A stretch of 63,769 bases of DNA, filler included, from Octopus bimaculoides (lineage: Eukaryota), in assembly GCF_001194135.2 (NCBI RefSeq). It is 4 parts of 4 records of this genome, joined end to end, with 100 filler letters (N's around TTAATTAATTAA, not from the genome) between each part and the next. Parts side by side here need not be neighbours in the genome. Positions count along the whole stretch, not along the records: positions 1 to 20,972 come from NC_068998.1; 3 more parts are not named here. The stretch is one strand, 5' to 3'. The first letter of the stretch is position 1, and the number at the start of each line of letters is the position of its first letter. This document shows, piece by piece, positions 1 to 12,417 of this stretch. The position numbers were made by a program, and so were the translations under genes. The notes under the pieces were generated by a model. It did no database searches. It saw nothing but the letters and a program-made list of their open reading frames with translations, and was not told where the DNA came from.

Positions 1-352
1 CCCCTTCTGCTCTTCTGGAAACAGTTTGTTATTTTCCAGGTGTTTACTCAATCTCTGCGATATTATTGCAGTAAAGGCTTTGTAGATCGTAGGGTTATAG
101 GTCTGTAGTTTTGTGGTTTCTCCGTTTCCGTGGATTTGGGAATTAAGATGGTTTTCCCTTTCGTGAGCCATTCAGGCATTGTCTCTGGCTCTGCTAGTAT
201 GTTGTTAAAGTTTTCAGCCAGCTTTTTGTGCATTCCTGTCAGGTATTTTAACCAGAAGTTGGGTATCTTGTCGTACCCAGGTGCCTTCCAGTTGCTTAGT
301 CTTTGCAGTGTCTGGGTGACCTCTTCAGTTGTTATTATTATTATTTTATTAT
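1..352 (-). mobile_element. R4/Dong-like non-LTR retrotransposon RT fragment, 5'-truncated at a (TAA)n run; continues beyond window start
   Basis: Minus strand reads ITTEEVTQTLQRLSNWKAPGYDKIPNFWLKYLTGMHKKLAENFNNILAEPETMPEWLTKGKTILIPK, typical of the RT N-terminal part of REL-clade LINEs. The (TAA)n run at 331-352 abuts it. Confidence 0.75.
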
Positions 353-356
353 TAAG

Positions 357-520
357 GTGGCAAACTGACAGAATTGTTAGCTCTTTCTAGCCATACACCA
401 ACTCCAAGGTATCTCCTTTACCCTTGTAACAATTGACTATGATGTTGCTACACCAATCACTGGGTATCATGCCTTCTTTTACAACTTGATTAACTATATG
501 AATGACTAGGTCATATTCTA
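357..520 (-). mobile_element. RTE-type LINE RT fragment
   Basis: YDLVIHIVNQVVKEGMIPSDWCSNIIVNCYKGKGDTLE resembles the RTE-clade IP.DW...I...YKGKGD motif. It is next to a (GA)n microsatellite. Confidence 0.7.
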
Positions 521-854
521 TACTGCCAGAGAGAGAGAGAGAGAGAGAGAAGGAGGAGGAGGGAGAATACCATATGTCCCAGTTAAGCAACGTTGTTTCT
601 GTGTCCTGATCAATTCAAAATCCTGTCCTGTTTTTTTTTTTTCTTTGGTGGCGGGGTTAATAGGTAATCAAGAAAAATTTAATTTTTCATAATTCTTTTT
701 ATCCTGGATTGACAGAAAAGATGCAAGGCAATTCATACGAGTTAGGCATTGAAGTGCATTATGAAATACCTGTTGCAGGAAGCCAATCTGGAATTGAACC
801 TAAAAACTTGTTTCACTCATATGCAAAACCATAATATTCAGAATTGATTGAAAA

Positions 855-3800
855 CACTGTGCAACACTCAAAAAGGTACAAGAGATCTGTGGCCATTTTT
901 ATATGCAAAATGACATGGGAAATCCATTTCTGGCCTTCTTTTTGTTGAATTAGGCATGGTTTCTACAGAATCGTCACTGTATACCCTTTTTGTCATTATT
1001 ATTAAATAAAATTCTCTACTGCATTGTAAAATGGGTTTCAACCCAGGGCTAGAGACCAATCTTAGTAACACTTACAATGTGATATAATAAATAGCACAGT
1101 TATGGTTAAGAGACTTCAAGTATTCCATTTTCTATGAAGAACAATACACGTTTTCTACAAATTAGAGATTACATTCAGTAAACAAAAACAAGTGTGATTG
1201 TCACGGACGGAAGGTAGGATCCAGATATCTTCTTGTATTTTCTAGAATATAATGCTTTTTTATATATAAAAATAATAAGACAGTGTGCATAAAGTGTCAG
1301 AGACATGATCTAAGTGGTGGAAGTATGTAATATTTCGCTAAAAAAGACGTAAATGAAGACATAAAGTGCAAGCCTATCCTGGTGTTCCAAGAATTTTGTG
1401 GAAGGTTGTTATTTTGTATTGAAGTGTCATGCTGAGAACTTTATTTGTTCGTCAGTGAGTGTACCATATCGTCAGTATATAGTTATTTCTGGTTTCATAT
1501 TTGACATTGGTTTTGTTATGAAAGTCCAAGAATGTAATATTGAAATAGAAAGCCTAAGATAAATCAGCTGATGCTGTCCACCCAGCCACGGGCTTAACAG
1601 CTGATTTTGTTGTTCATGAATTTGAGGAGTATAAGATGTCGTCAGCTTCTATTTATTTCTTGTTTTATTTTGTTATTGGTTTTCTTAGCTCATAAGAAGT
1701 GTCAGAGACAAAAACTATGTAACTCTAAGAACGTAATATTGGAATAGGAACAAGAAAGCCAAAGATATTTTACGAGTGTTATCCAAGAAGTTTGTTTGTG
1801 CATATGGCTTATATTGTCTCACTGATTTGTCATTTGTTTGAGTTTGAAAAATCCCTAATTCACATGTAAAATGGAATTTGAGATGTTCCTCTTAAAATCA
1901 TATTTTCTGGTTTATTATTGTGTGCTTATATTTAATTGAGTTTATCACTAAATACTTTATACTTCAAAGCTTGTGTTTAATGTTATTTTTTATCTTTCAG
2001 ATCTTCTTTGTTTTCAACAATGAGTGCAAGACAGTGCAAAAATGATCCAAACAGATTCTGTTATATCTGTGGGGAATTGACTTTTGCTAAAGAAAAGTGC
2101 AGTATTACACGCCATATCAAGAAAATATACAAGGCGTACTTCGATTGTTACTTAGAAGACCAGGATAAGTCATGGGCTCCTCATGTGTGTTGCCTTACAT
2201 GTGTGAAGACATTAAATGCCCGGTATGCAGGAAAAAATGTTGACATGAAGTTTGGTGTGCCAATGATTTAGCGTGAGCAGAAAGATCACTCTAATGATTG
2301 CTATTTCTGTCACCATGACTTTACAGGCTGTACTACAACAAAGAAAGAGAAACACATTGTTTACCCAATCAGCAATGCACCCAGTAGAGCACTCAGAAAA
2401 TTTACCTGTGCCCAAACCTCCAGATCAAGAAATGCAGAGTTCCAGCAATGCTGATGAACATTCCAGTGGTGAATGTGTGGAGCCCAATGATCCAGAAAGC
2501 AAGAATAAACCAATACCATTTTCTCAAGAGACTCTAAATGACTTGTGCAGGGATCTCTATTGACCAAAGAGAAAAGTGAGTTTCTGGCATCAAGGCTTCA
2601 AGAACGTAATCTTCTTGAGAAAGGAGTGAAGATAACACTGTACAGAAAATGTACAGAGGATCTGCTTGCATTATTCACCATGAAGGATGACTTATGCTTT
2701 TGTAATGACATCACTGAACTTTTTGAGCAACTGGAAATACCATATAATAAAACCAACTGGCGACTTTTCATAGATGCATCCAAGGACAGCATCAAAGCTG
2801 TTCTGCTACACAATGGTAACACTCTGCCTTCTGTTCCCATAACTTATAGCACAACCATGAAAGAATCATATGAAATCTGAAAGCAATTCTAACAAGCATG
2901 CAGTATGATGACCATACCTGGTATATTTGTGCATATTTTAGGGTTGTGGCCATGCTTCCTGGCCTTCAGTTTTGCTATACTAAATTTTGCTGCTTCCTGT
3001 GCTTATGGAATTCCAGAACAAGCGCTGAACATTATGTACACAAGGATTGGCCGGTCCAAGATGAAATTGAGCAAGGAAAACACATCATGCACAAACCACT
3101 TGTGAAAAAGGATAGAATTTTTTTACCACCTTTGCATATTAAATTGGTTTGTTTAAGCAATTTGTGAAAGCCTTGGACAAGGAATCCTCCGCATTTGCAT
3201 ATCTTGCAGAAAAGTTCCTTCCCTGAGTCAAGCTAAAATTAAAGAAGGTTTCTTCATTGGTCCCCAAATTCAAAAAATTGTACTTGATGAAACCTTCATC
3301 ACACATCTCAAGAGAAAAGAGAAGCTTGCCTTTGAGTCATTCAAGAAAGTTTGCGACAACTTCCTGGGCAACCATCGTTCAGAAGACTATGTGCAAGCTG
3401 TGAATGATCTGCTGAGTCATTATCATGATATGGGATGTAACATGTTTCTAAAAGTTCATGGGCTTCACTCTCATTTGGATGTTTTTGCAGAAAATATTGG
3501 TGATGTGAGTGATGAACATGGCGAAATTTTCCACCAGGATATTTCAGTGATGGAACAATGATTCAAAGGAAAATGGAACCCTGGCATGCTGGCAGACTAC
3601 TGCTGGGGAATAAAAAAAGATCACACTCCGCACAAGAGGCTTAGAAGGACAAAAGTTGTTGAAACTGACATGTGTGCTTTTAATTCATAACCAATATATG
3701 TTTTGTTATACCAACTAAATTTTTGTTTTGTTTTTTGTAACTTTCAGTATTTGCAATGTTGTGTTCAATATGCAATATTATGCAGTATACCATAAAACAT

Positions 3801-3936
3801 ATGGTTCATGGTACAGGAAAACAGTGCCTAATCTGGAGAAATAAAGGTCAGTATCAGAATCAAGACAATTTTTTGACCCAGAAACAAGTCTTACTTAACT
3901 TGTACTTTTTTTGAACCTGAAATTTGTTGCACAGTG
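855..3936 (+). mobile_element. Full-length Chapaev3 (CMC superfamily) DNA transposon, about 3.08 kb
   Basis: Terminal inverted repeats CACTGTGCAACA (855) and TGTTGCACAGTG (ends 3936), a further subterminal match (tcaaaaa.gtacaag), AAA on both flanks (3-bp TSD), and an internal transposase pseudogene. Confidence 0.85.
2020..3690 (+). pseudogene. Chapaev3 transposase pseudogene (stops and frameshifts)
   Basis: Motifs CKNDPNRFCYICGE, GDQDKSWAPH-like (EDQDKSWAPHVCC), FGVPMI*REQKDH (TGG>TAG), FSQETLNDLCRDL, FIDASKDSIKAVLLHNG, PPLHIKL, SDEHGEIFHQD, GKWNPGMLADYCW. A splice-acceptor-like tttcag lies at about 2000, just upstream of the ATG. Confidence 0.85.
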
Positions 3937-4449
3937 AAATTAAAAAAGATAAAAAGAAGTGGCCATTGGAAAACAAGTCAGCCCCTAGGAAAAACAGTTA
4001 ACTGCAAGGAGTTTTCTTGAGCTGAGAGTTCTCTAAATTCTGATCGCTTCATTACATTAACATATATAACACATTTTCCTTAAGAAATGTGGAGAGACTG
4101 CAGTGCTAAGACTATTCAATTAGCCCTGCAGACAACTCACTAAAAATGTTACAGTAGTGAGTACAGGACACCACTAACAGCTAACTTAGTAGGCTACACA
4201 TTTGCTATCCAAGGGCATGGGTTAGCCACTAAATCTAATCAATAAGAAACAGTAAGGATGTCTCTAGACCACCACATTGTGATAGAAAATGTCAATTGCA
4301 CCATATATGTGTGGTTTATAAGTTGTCTTTCTAAGTGTGCCTTAAAAAATAGATGTCATGTGATATACTAATTTTAAAACAATAATATAATCAAGCTAGT
4401 GAAATAAAGTAACACATTTAAAAATTTTTCTGCGTCATTTGTGTAAAAC

Positions 4450-7400
4450 AACATGTCATGGTGACAAGACAACAATATGCCAGTCACACCTAACAATTAA
4501 AATTTAAAAAAAGTTGAAAGCAAGCAATTGCAAAGGTGATAACAATATAGTAAAGAAGTTAATTTTTTTTTCAAGCATGTCTAAGTGAGCTGAATCAAAT
4601 GGTGGGTGTCAAAGATGCAGCATCAATGATCTTGTTATAAGGTTTCAACTGGTTGAATGAGGACAAATGCAAGGTTTGTAACAAATGGATCGATTTTATG
4701 AGCTCTTTTTTCACTATCAGCAAAATAGATGAAAAACTGAGATAACTATATTTTGCTTAGCACAGGCCCAAAGTGTTGAGAATGCAAATTTTATGGTTGA
4801 ACAGGAAGAAATATCAACAAATGTATACAAAATTTTTGAAGCCCATTTTATCCAAAAACCAAACAAATGAGTTGAATAGTTAGAGTTCTTATCAACACAA
4901 CAAAGTGAAAAGTCAATTGATGAATATCTACTTAGACTTAAATCAAAAGCAGAAAGATACAACTTAGGCATACACGAGGAGGAAAAAATCCTTGAACAAA
5001 AAATAAAAGGACAGAAGTGGACAGATGAAAAAAAAAAGAAATCTTAAAAACAAACAAAATATTATGCTTGAGTTAACTATGAAAGCATAAGCACATGTGG
5101 AGTTACAATAAAACACAGTACATGTTACAATTACATCATGAAGTAACAATGAAAAATACCAGTAAGTTTGGAAAGTGTGGAAAAGTTCACAAAAAAAGAA
5201 AAGACTGTTATGCATTTAACAGAAAATGCCATAGACTACACTATTTTGAAAAGTTTTGCCTTATAAAAGCCAAAACATGCCAAAACAAAAACCCCAGTCC
5301 ACATAGGGCCACTAAACAAAGCCAATGCAAACACAGAAAACAAAATAAAGAGAAGAAAAATGTGATTACCGCTTACACATCAGAATATGATTCAGACCAA
5401 GAAGATTTTTGTCTATACACTATAGAAAACAAATAAGACAAGTATTAATAACAGAAACAGCAAGTAAACATTTGCTGTCATAGATTATAAAGACTGCTAT
5501 GGAATAAAGTACAAAATGAAAATGGGCACTGGAGCCAATGGAAAGGTACAACTCAGCCTATATAAATGGGTGTACCCCCAAAATATTGATAAAAATACTG
5601 GCACAATAGTAAGTTTCAAAAGAGAACAAATTACCCTATGAACAGTGAATGACACCAGGAAATCACAATATTGTTCAGTAGCGCTCAATATTAGACACAA
5701 ACATTCTCACACTATACAAGTCAAATTTTTTGTGTGATAATGATATGACAATATTAGGTATAGAATCTTGTATAAAGTTGGTCTTGGTTCAAATGAACTG
5801 TGGTATTACATCATCAGATACAAAAACACATCTGCAAATCACAGACGGCTTTGAAAGTGAATACCCTGATATATCTCTGGCTATCGGAAATTTTTCATGG
5901 AAACAAAAAATGCTACATCAGTTGTCCCACCTCCAAGAAAATATCCAGTATGCTTGAAGGATGAAATGAAAGTTATTGGTATGATCACAAAAGTAAATGA
6001 ACCAACAGACAGGGTGAATGCAATTTCATGTTTCAGAAAGGAAAACAGTGGGTTATGCATATTCTTAGATCCCAAACTCCTAAATAAATGCATTAAAAGA
6101 ACTTACAACAAAATCCCAACTCTAATTTGCAAAATTAGATGTAAATTATGAATACTGGGCAATATACCTTGATGAGAAATCAAGTCTCATTACATGCTTT
6201 AATATATCTTTTGGCAGATAATGATACTTAAGGCGTCCTTTTGGATTCGAGATGTCACAGGATATTTATCAGCAAAAAAGCACCAAATACAAGAAGACTG
6301 CACAGGAGCCATTGGTATATCTGATGATATTTGCATATATAGCAAAACAATTGAAAAGCATGATAAGAACTTGAGAAGGCCAATGGATGCAACAAAGACA
6401 AATGTAAAGTGAGATCAAATTTGATGATCTTATCTAGGATAAAAATGACTCTCAATCGGACCCAGAAAACTGTGACAAGATCAAATTAAAGGCCACACCT
6501 ACAAATTGTGAAGAACTTCAGTAATTTCTTGGTATGATGCAATACAGAAGGCCTTACATACCAGAATTCCATTCTAGAACAGCCCCACTGAGTTTACTCA
6601 ATAAAAACATTGAATGACAATAGAATAATACGCACAAAAAAGCTTTTCAAAAGTTGAAAGATTGTGTCCATAAAAACATCTGACTAACTTATTTCAAACC
6701 TAATGCAAAGGCAGTGATCCAGTTAGATTCAAGCATGGTGCCACATTAATCAAGGAAAGCAAAATTGTTGCATTTGATAGTGAAAAACTGACTGCTGATG
6801 AGTCAAAATTTGCAAACATAGAAAAAGAACTACTTGCAGATGTGTTTGGTTGTGAAAAATTTCATACATATGTATACAGGAAAGAGTTCCAAATTGAATC
6901 AGATCACAAACCATTGGTAAGTATACACAGCAAAACATTGCACAAGCACCCCCAAAACTTCAAAAAATGTTATTAAAGTTACAACCATATGATGCTCAAA
7001 TCATATAAAAACCAGGTAAAAAAATGAGAGTTCCATATAATTTATCAAGAAATTGAACTAGATCTTGCAATACATACTGTTGATATATCAGTACAAGGGC
7101 AAAGAGAGCAACAAAAAGATAAAGAGTTGAAAAAACTAAAACAAATAAGTGGATGGCCAGAGACCATATATGAAACTACTAGTGTTGAAAGACTGCTTAT
7201 CAGTACAAGGTGGTTTAATGGCTAAAAATGAATGCACAGTCATACCAAAAATATACAAAAGAATGTTCTTCAAAGAATTCATGATGCACATCTAGAAACT
7301 GAAATGTCAACTTAAAGCAAGGAATGGTGTTTAATGGGGAGATATAAACAAAGATATTGAAAAGCCAGTAAGGTCATGTGAAATATGCCATGAGCACCAA

Positions 7401-8130
7401 AGAAGAAATAATAAAAAGTCAATGATAATCAAAGAACATCCAACTAGACCATTGCAAAATGTTGCTGCTGACATTTTTGACTTCGATTCTTATTTGTTGC
7501 TGATCAATACAGCAAAATGCCTTTTTGCTGTTTTGAAGAACATCACTAGCTCAAGCTACATCAAATATTTCAAACCAATCTTTGCCATTCATGGCATCTC
7601 AAAAGGCCTGTATACAAACAATATCATGTATTTTATGTCAGATGAGTTCCAGAAATTTGCCCACATCATACTCAGCCCAGATACCCACACAAGCAAATTG
7701 TTTCATAGAAACAGTGAAAAACATTATGAAAAACGCAAAGCAACCAGATATGGACTGGCAAATGGCTCTTCTATGCCAAATAGTAACTCCATTGGACAGT
7801 TACTTACCATCACCAGCAGAGATCCTATTCAAGATAAAAATAACTAAGTTGAACACTGACACATCAAAAGACGAACAAACATGAGAAAGAATGACTGTCA
7901 AAAGAAACAACAACAGTACTACATTAGAAATGCAAAGGACCTTCCTGATTTAGTTATAGGTATCTGTCCTTCAAGAAAATAACACATGGCAACCAGCAAT
8001 AGTCATAGACAAATGCTCGGAACTAAGTAGCTACATCATTAGAATGCACTTTGATGGAAGACTGGTCGATTGCAACAGGCAGCACCTGCAGGAGCTATAC
8101 AGGCCACAGAAACAGGTCACCTTCTGTTTA
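4450..8130 (+). mobile_element. Decayed Gypsy (probably Mag-clade) LTR retrotransposon internal region: gag-protease-RT-RNaseH-integrase
   Basis: gag Zn knuckle CGKCGKVHKKRKDC (about 5170), protease-like (D)TGAN at about 5525, RT pieces (GLCIFLDPKLLNK; GISDDICIY), RNaseH ESDHKPL, integrase C..C and NVAADIFDF, then the 3' motif SYII...DGRLVDCNRQHL. Order is RT-RH-IN. No LTRs recognised. Confidence 0.85.
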
Positions 8131-8149
8131 CAAACTCAACAGATCAGAG

Positions 8150-10430
8150 ACAAGATTTCTAAAGGCTGGTGATCTGTTTCCAAATAAAACTGCTTTCCTA
8201 GAAGGAAATGCCACAGTCTATCTATGCACCATACCAGTGCATAAGCCTCTCTATGTTCAACCAATTTTGTTGTGCTTGGATAAAGGTGTGGCTTATGAAT
8301 GCTACTGGTTATCCTTCCTGGGCTTATGAATGCTATTGGATATCCTTCCAACTACTGCAATCAAGGATGCATCTACATCTTCTCCATTGAGTATGGTTGC
8401 AAAACTGGAGCCTTCCAGAGATGAGTGATAAGCATACGGAAGGCCTTATCTTGCTCTTTGTCCCACTTAAATTCTTTAGATCTAGCTGATATGAGTGGTT
8501 TTACTTTTTCAGTATACGTCAGGACAAATCTTCTGTAGTAATTTGTCAGACCCAATATTTTGTCAATATCTTCCTTTGATTTTGGTATTTGTATGCCCTT
8601 TAGTTTTGCTACTAATTCCTGAGATGGAGAAATACCCTCTTCAGATATGTTCATTCCCAGGAAGGTCAAATTTCTTCTGGAAAATGACTTTTCTTTGTTA
8701 ATGGAGAATCGTGCCTTGGTTAGCCTTGCAACTACTGCATTTTCTCTGCTCATCAATTTTGCTTCACTACAAGCATAAATGAGGATATCATCTTGGTATA
8801 CCCTGACTCCTTTGATTCCTTTTAGCAGAGTTTCCATGCAGTTCTGAAATATGCCACTTGAATTCTTAAGGCTCATTTGAAGTCTGTTAACCATGCAGAG
8901 ACCATTGGTTGTATTAATAGTGCAAATCTGCCTTACTTCCTCCACTAAAGGTATTTGCCAATACACATGCTTTAAATCAAGAGTAGGGAAAAATTTTGCA
9001 CCTGACATACCAGAGAAGATAGTGTCAATTGATGGTATGGGAAGAGAATAGGTATCAATATGTGCATTTAAATGAGCCTTGTAAATGACACACATGCGAA
9101 GAGATCCATCTTTTTTCCTCAGCCATACCACAAGTGAGGCACATCTGACTTCAGAGTAATCCGACGGTGCGATAATACCCATTATTTCCAACTTCTTTAA
9201 CTCATCTTTCATTTCTCTTTCCAAATGTGCTAGAACATGTCTTGCTGGACTCATCACGCTATATCTCGCATCAGAGCAGTTAACTCTAGCCACAAAACCT
9301 TTAACCGCTGGAAACACATCCATGTTTGAATTGAAACAAAATGAACTGTCTTAAATAATATGTTTTCCAATCAACCCAAAAGAGTATGGGCTGTCTACCA
9401 CAATAAATTTACATGACTCGGTGTTGTTGAGTTTAACTATCATTCAGATTGATCCAATAACTTTTAAATCTGAACCATCAAAAGTGGTTAATCTCTTATG
9501 ATATGATTTGATTGGGAGACCTAACTATGAAGCAAATGATAACAGGACTATCAAACAAGCTTCCCCAGTATCCACTTTCATATCTATGCTTCTATTATTT
9601 ATGAAATACTTGCAAAAACCTGTGTTATCAGTACTCTCATTGTTGTTCACATTTAGCAACAAATTGTTGACAGATCCAGTCTTGCTTGGAGATACATTTA
9701 TATCGTCCACACAGCAATTGTCTTTAGGTCAGCAAAATCTTGCAAAATACCCTAATTTGCTGCACTTATTACAATTTTGTCTATATGTTGATCACACACG
9801 AGCTTTGTGTGTATGCACACAATTTTGACATTTCACTACGTCATGACTGAGTATTCTTGTTGACATCAAAGTTTCTTATTGTTTGTTGACTACTTGGAAA
9901 CAGTGTTTCCAATTCTATGGTGGATGTGAAAGCAGCTATTTCAGTGTAATTCATTTTAGAGTGATACTGTAACTGATCCAAAATTTTAAACCTTATCTCT
10001 GCTGACAATAATTGCATGATGAAAATGAGTTTCATGATTTCCTTTTCCAGATTTTCTTTCAACCTATTCAAATGAGAGAAAGAAGCTTGAGAATTAATCC
10101 TAAGAAGAAAGTCATTGATTGACTCATCATCCAGTTGTTCTAGTTCCAATAATTTTAACCTGTCCACAATTAACAGTCTCTCCTTTGGCTTTATTAGTTG
10201 TTGCAACGCATTCATTATTTGTTGGTATGTTGCATTCTGAAGACTTACTGGGAAAAGAACATCTCTCAGTTTCATTATGGTAGAAAGAAATGTTGGGTTC
10301 TTCTTGACATCTTCAAAGTCGTTGCATTCAAGTTTTGCTTTAAACTGTATTAGCCAGGCATTAACTTCTTCCAAGTTGTTCAAATTTAAATGTTTTTCAC
10401 ATCTCATCCTTGTCATCCATCTCATCCTTG
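8150..10430 (-). mobile_element. Second Gypsy element, gag-protease-RT-RNaseH, truncated before integrase
   Basis: gag ORF 10425-9841, protease region, RT ORF 9323-8373 (LRMCV..., YQDDILIY), RNaseH EAYALVW...LETDHQPL. A short tandem duplication lies at about 8290-8345. Confidence 0.9.
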
Positions 10431-11450
10431 GTGTGTTTCACTCTTAAGAAAATATGTCGAATGTTTTTAACAGCAAGTTTCACAGCTCACTTCTGAGGAC
10501 CATGCTGTACAGTTCCTAGCCTCCCCCAAGCATAGCAGTATTGCCCCTTTTATGGGTGCCAGCTCATTCATCTCTCATCTCATGATTTCCATGTGGTTGC
10601 ACAAGATTCCCTTTGAGAGTTCTATATACATATATATGTAGTGGGATGATTAGCGAAATGTATTGTTGATGGTTCAATGTTGTCGGTTGTAGCAGCTAAA
10701 GATAGGTGTGTTGAACAACATCAAAGGAAAGCAATGTGGAAAGCATTGAAATGTAGTTTAAATAATTTACTTGATCAACAGTTGCATCTACGTGTTGGAT
10801 ACACAAAGTTTGATTTACAATCTCAATGAAGGCCTCTACATGAAGTTACCAACTGCTTCGAGTTGGCGAAGTAAAAAAACAACAGGAGAAGTAGAATGTT
10901 GATTTGATGAGATAGTACATGGCAAAGATGAAATCTGGTTATTTAACAACATGCATCGTAGTCGGCTGCATTGTTTTTCTTTCTAGAATGAAGTGCATTG
11001 ACTGGAATTTTGTTGTTTTCTTAACTGTTTTATAGACAGTGCTCTTCAAGTTGAAAAGAGTGCATATTGGTTTTCTAGGCAGGATTTGTTCTTCGTCTCT
11101 TATCGTAGAAAGCTGTTAATCTCTAACTGAAGAAAAGTTGCATGTTTGGTCGAAGAAAAGGTTGTAATTCCTTATACAGTCAAGTGTAACGACTATTTAT
11201 TTATTTATTTTTATTCAGCATTTAGCTGACACGATATACTGCAATTGGCCCAGAATGAATACAATACTTTAGTCCCGTGTAGAAGGCTGCTATTTGTAAC
11301 GACATAAAGCAATTGTTTCAGTTGGTGTATAGTTCTTGTATTGATTATTACGAATTTTGATGAGAAGGCTCCAATTTGCAGAAAAAGCTGTTATTTTTTT
11401 AAAAGTCCAGTGTAACAAATTTTGATGAGAAGACTGCTATTCTTTCATTA

Positions 11451-12020
11451 GGTGGGGGTCACCAAAATGTAATGATAGTATGTAATGATAAAGTTTTATG
11501 ACCATTTATGAAGTTGATTATGTTACAGGTGTTTTACTATTCAATTGCTCGAAGTCCGGTGAGACTGCATAATCGCAACATTGCAGTATTTATTCACACG
11601 CAAGGTCTGTACACAAGGCTATAGTAGTAGTTAGCAGTTTAGTAGTTCAAAGAAGATGACAACAAAGATGTGCTCGCGCGCTCTTAGTGTGTAGTAGGTA
11701 AAAAAGCTGTCTGCTAGAAAGTGAAGCTGTGCAGTGCGTTGTAGCAACAAAAGAACTGGCCGTTGTGTTCTCTGGCAGTTTTTATTTATACCTGTGGGGG
11801 ATGTTCTAGAATTAAGGAATGAATATCCTTTATTTAACTCAAACTTAAAATGACCTGTCCGATTCTACTTAAACAAAGAAACTGGGGCAAAGAAAACAGG
11901 TGACTTCGTAAATCTCCGACTCCTTAAGCCTCCCTCCCAATTAAAATCTAGGGTATAGTTTCGATTCTTAACTATGAATTCGGGAAATGATGTCTAACAA
12001 TTATAATATTAGTCATTACA
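11451..12020 (-). mobile_element. LTR (11468-12020) with adjacent tRNA-Trp-type primer binding site
   Basis: TGTAATGA...TCATTACA terminal inverted repeat. The minus strand has TATAAATAAAAA inside, and TGGTGACCCC(CACC) at 11464-11451 directly after the LTR matches the tRNA-Trp PBS TGGTGACCCCGACG. Confidence 0.65.
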
Positions 12021-12417
12021 ATATATTAGATACACAACAACATCGGGTTGTTTGTGTATACACAGCTTATTTATAGATTTCCATTCTGTATGATAGCGGA
12101 CAGTTTTATCTCTGTGACTGCTAGGGAGAAGGACAGAATTAAAGTAATGTATGCAGATAGGATCGGTAAGAAGTCTATGTTCGCACGCTGATCAACTGAG
12201 AAAGCTTACTCCTCGGCCAGACAGTTCCAGGCGAAAAAGTGATCGACTGAGATATGCTTGTGTATTTATAATTTTGCTAATTTAATTAGGTCAACTGAGA
12301 ACAGTAAGATTCTCCGTCCTTAAACAGAATTGACCAGTGAATACCCTGAAAAGATCTGAGAGATCAACTGTTTCTCATTAATCTATGTGTGGAATTTCGG
12401 ATCAGGACGCCCACATA

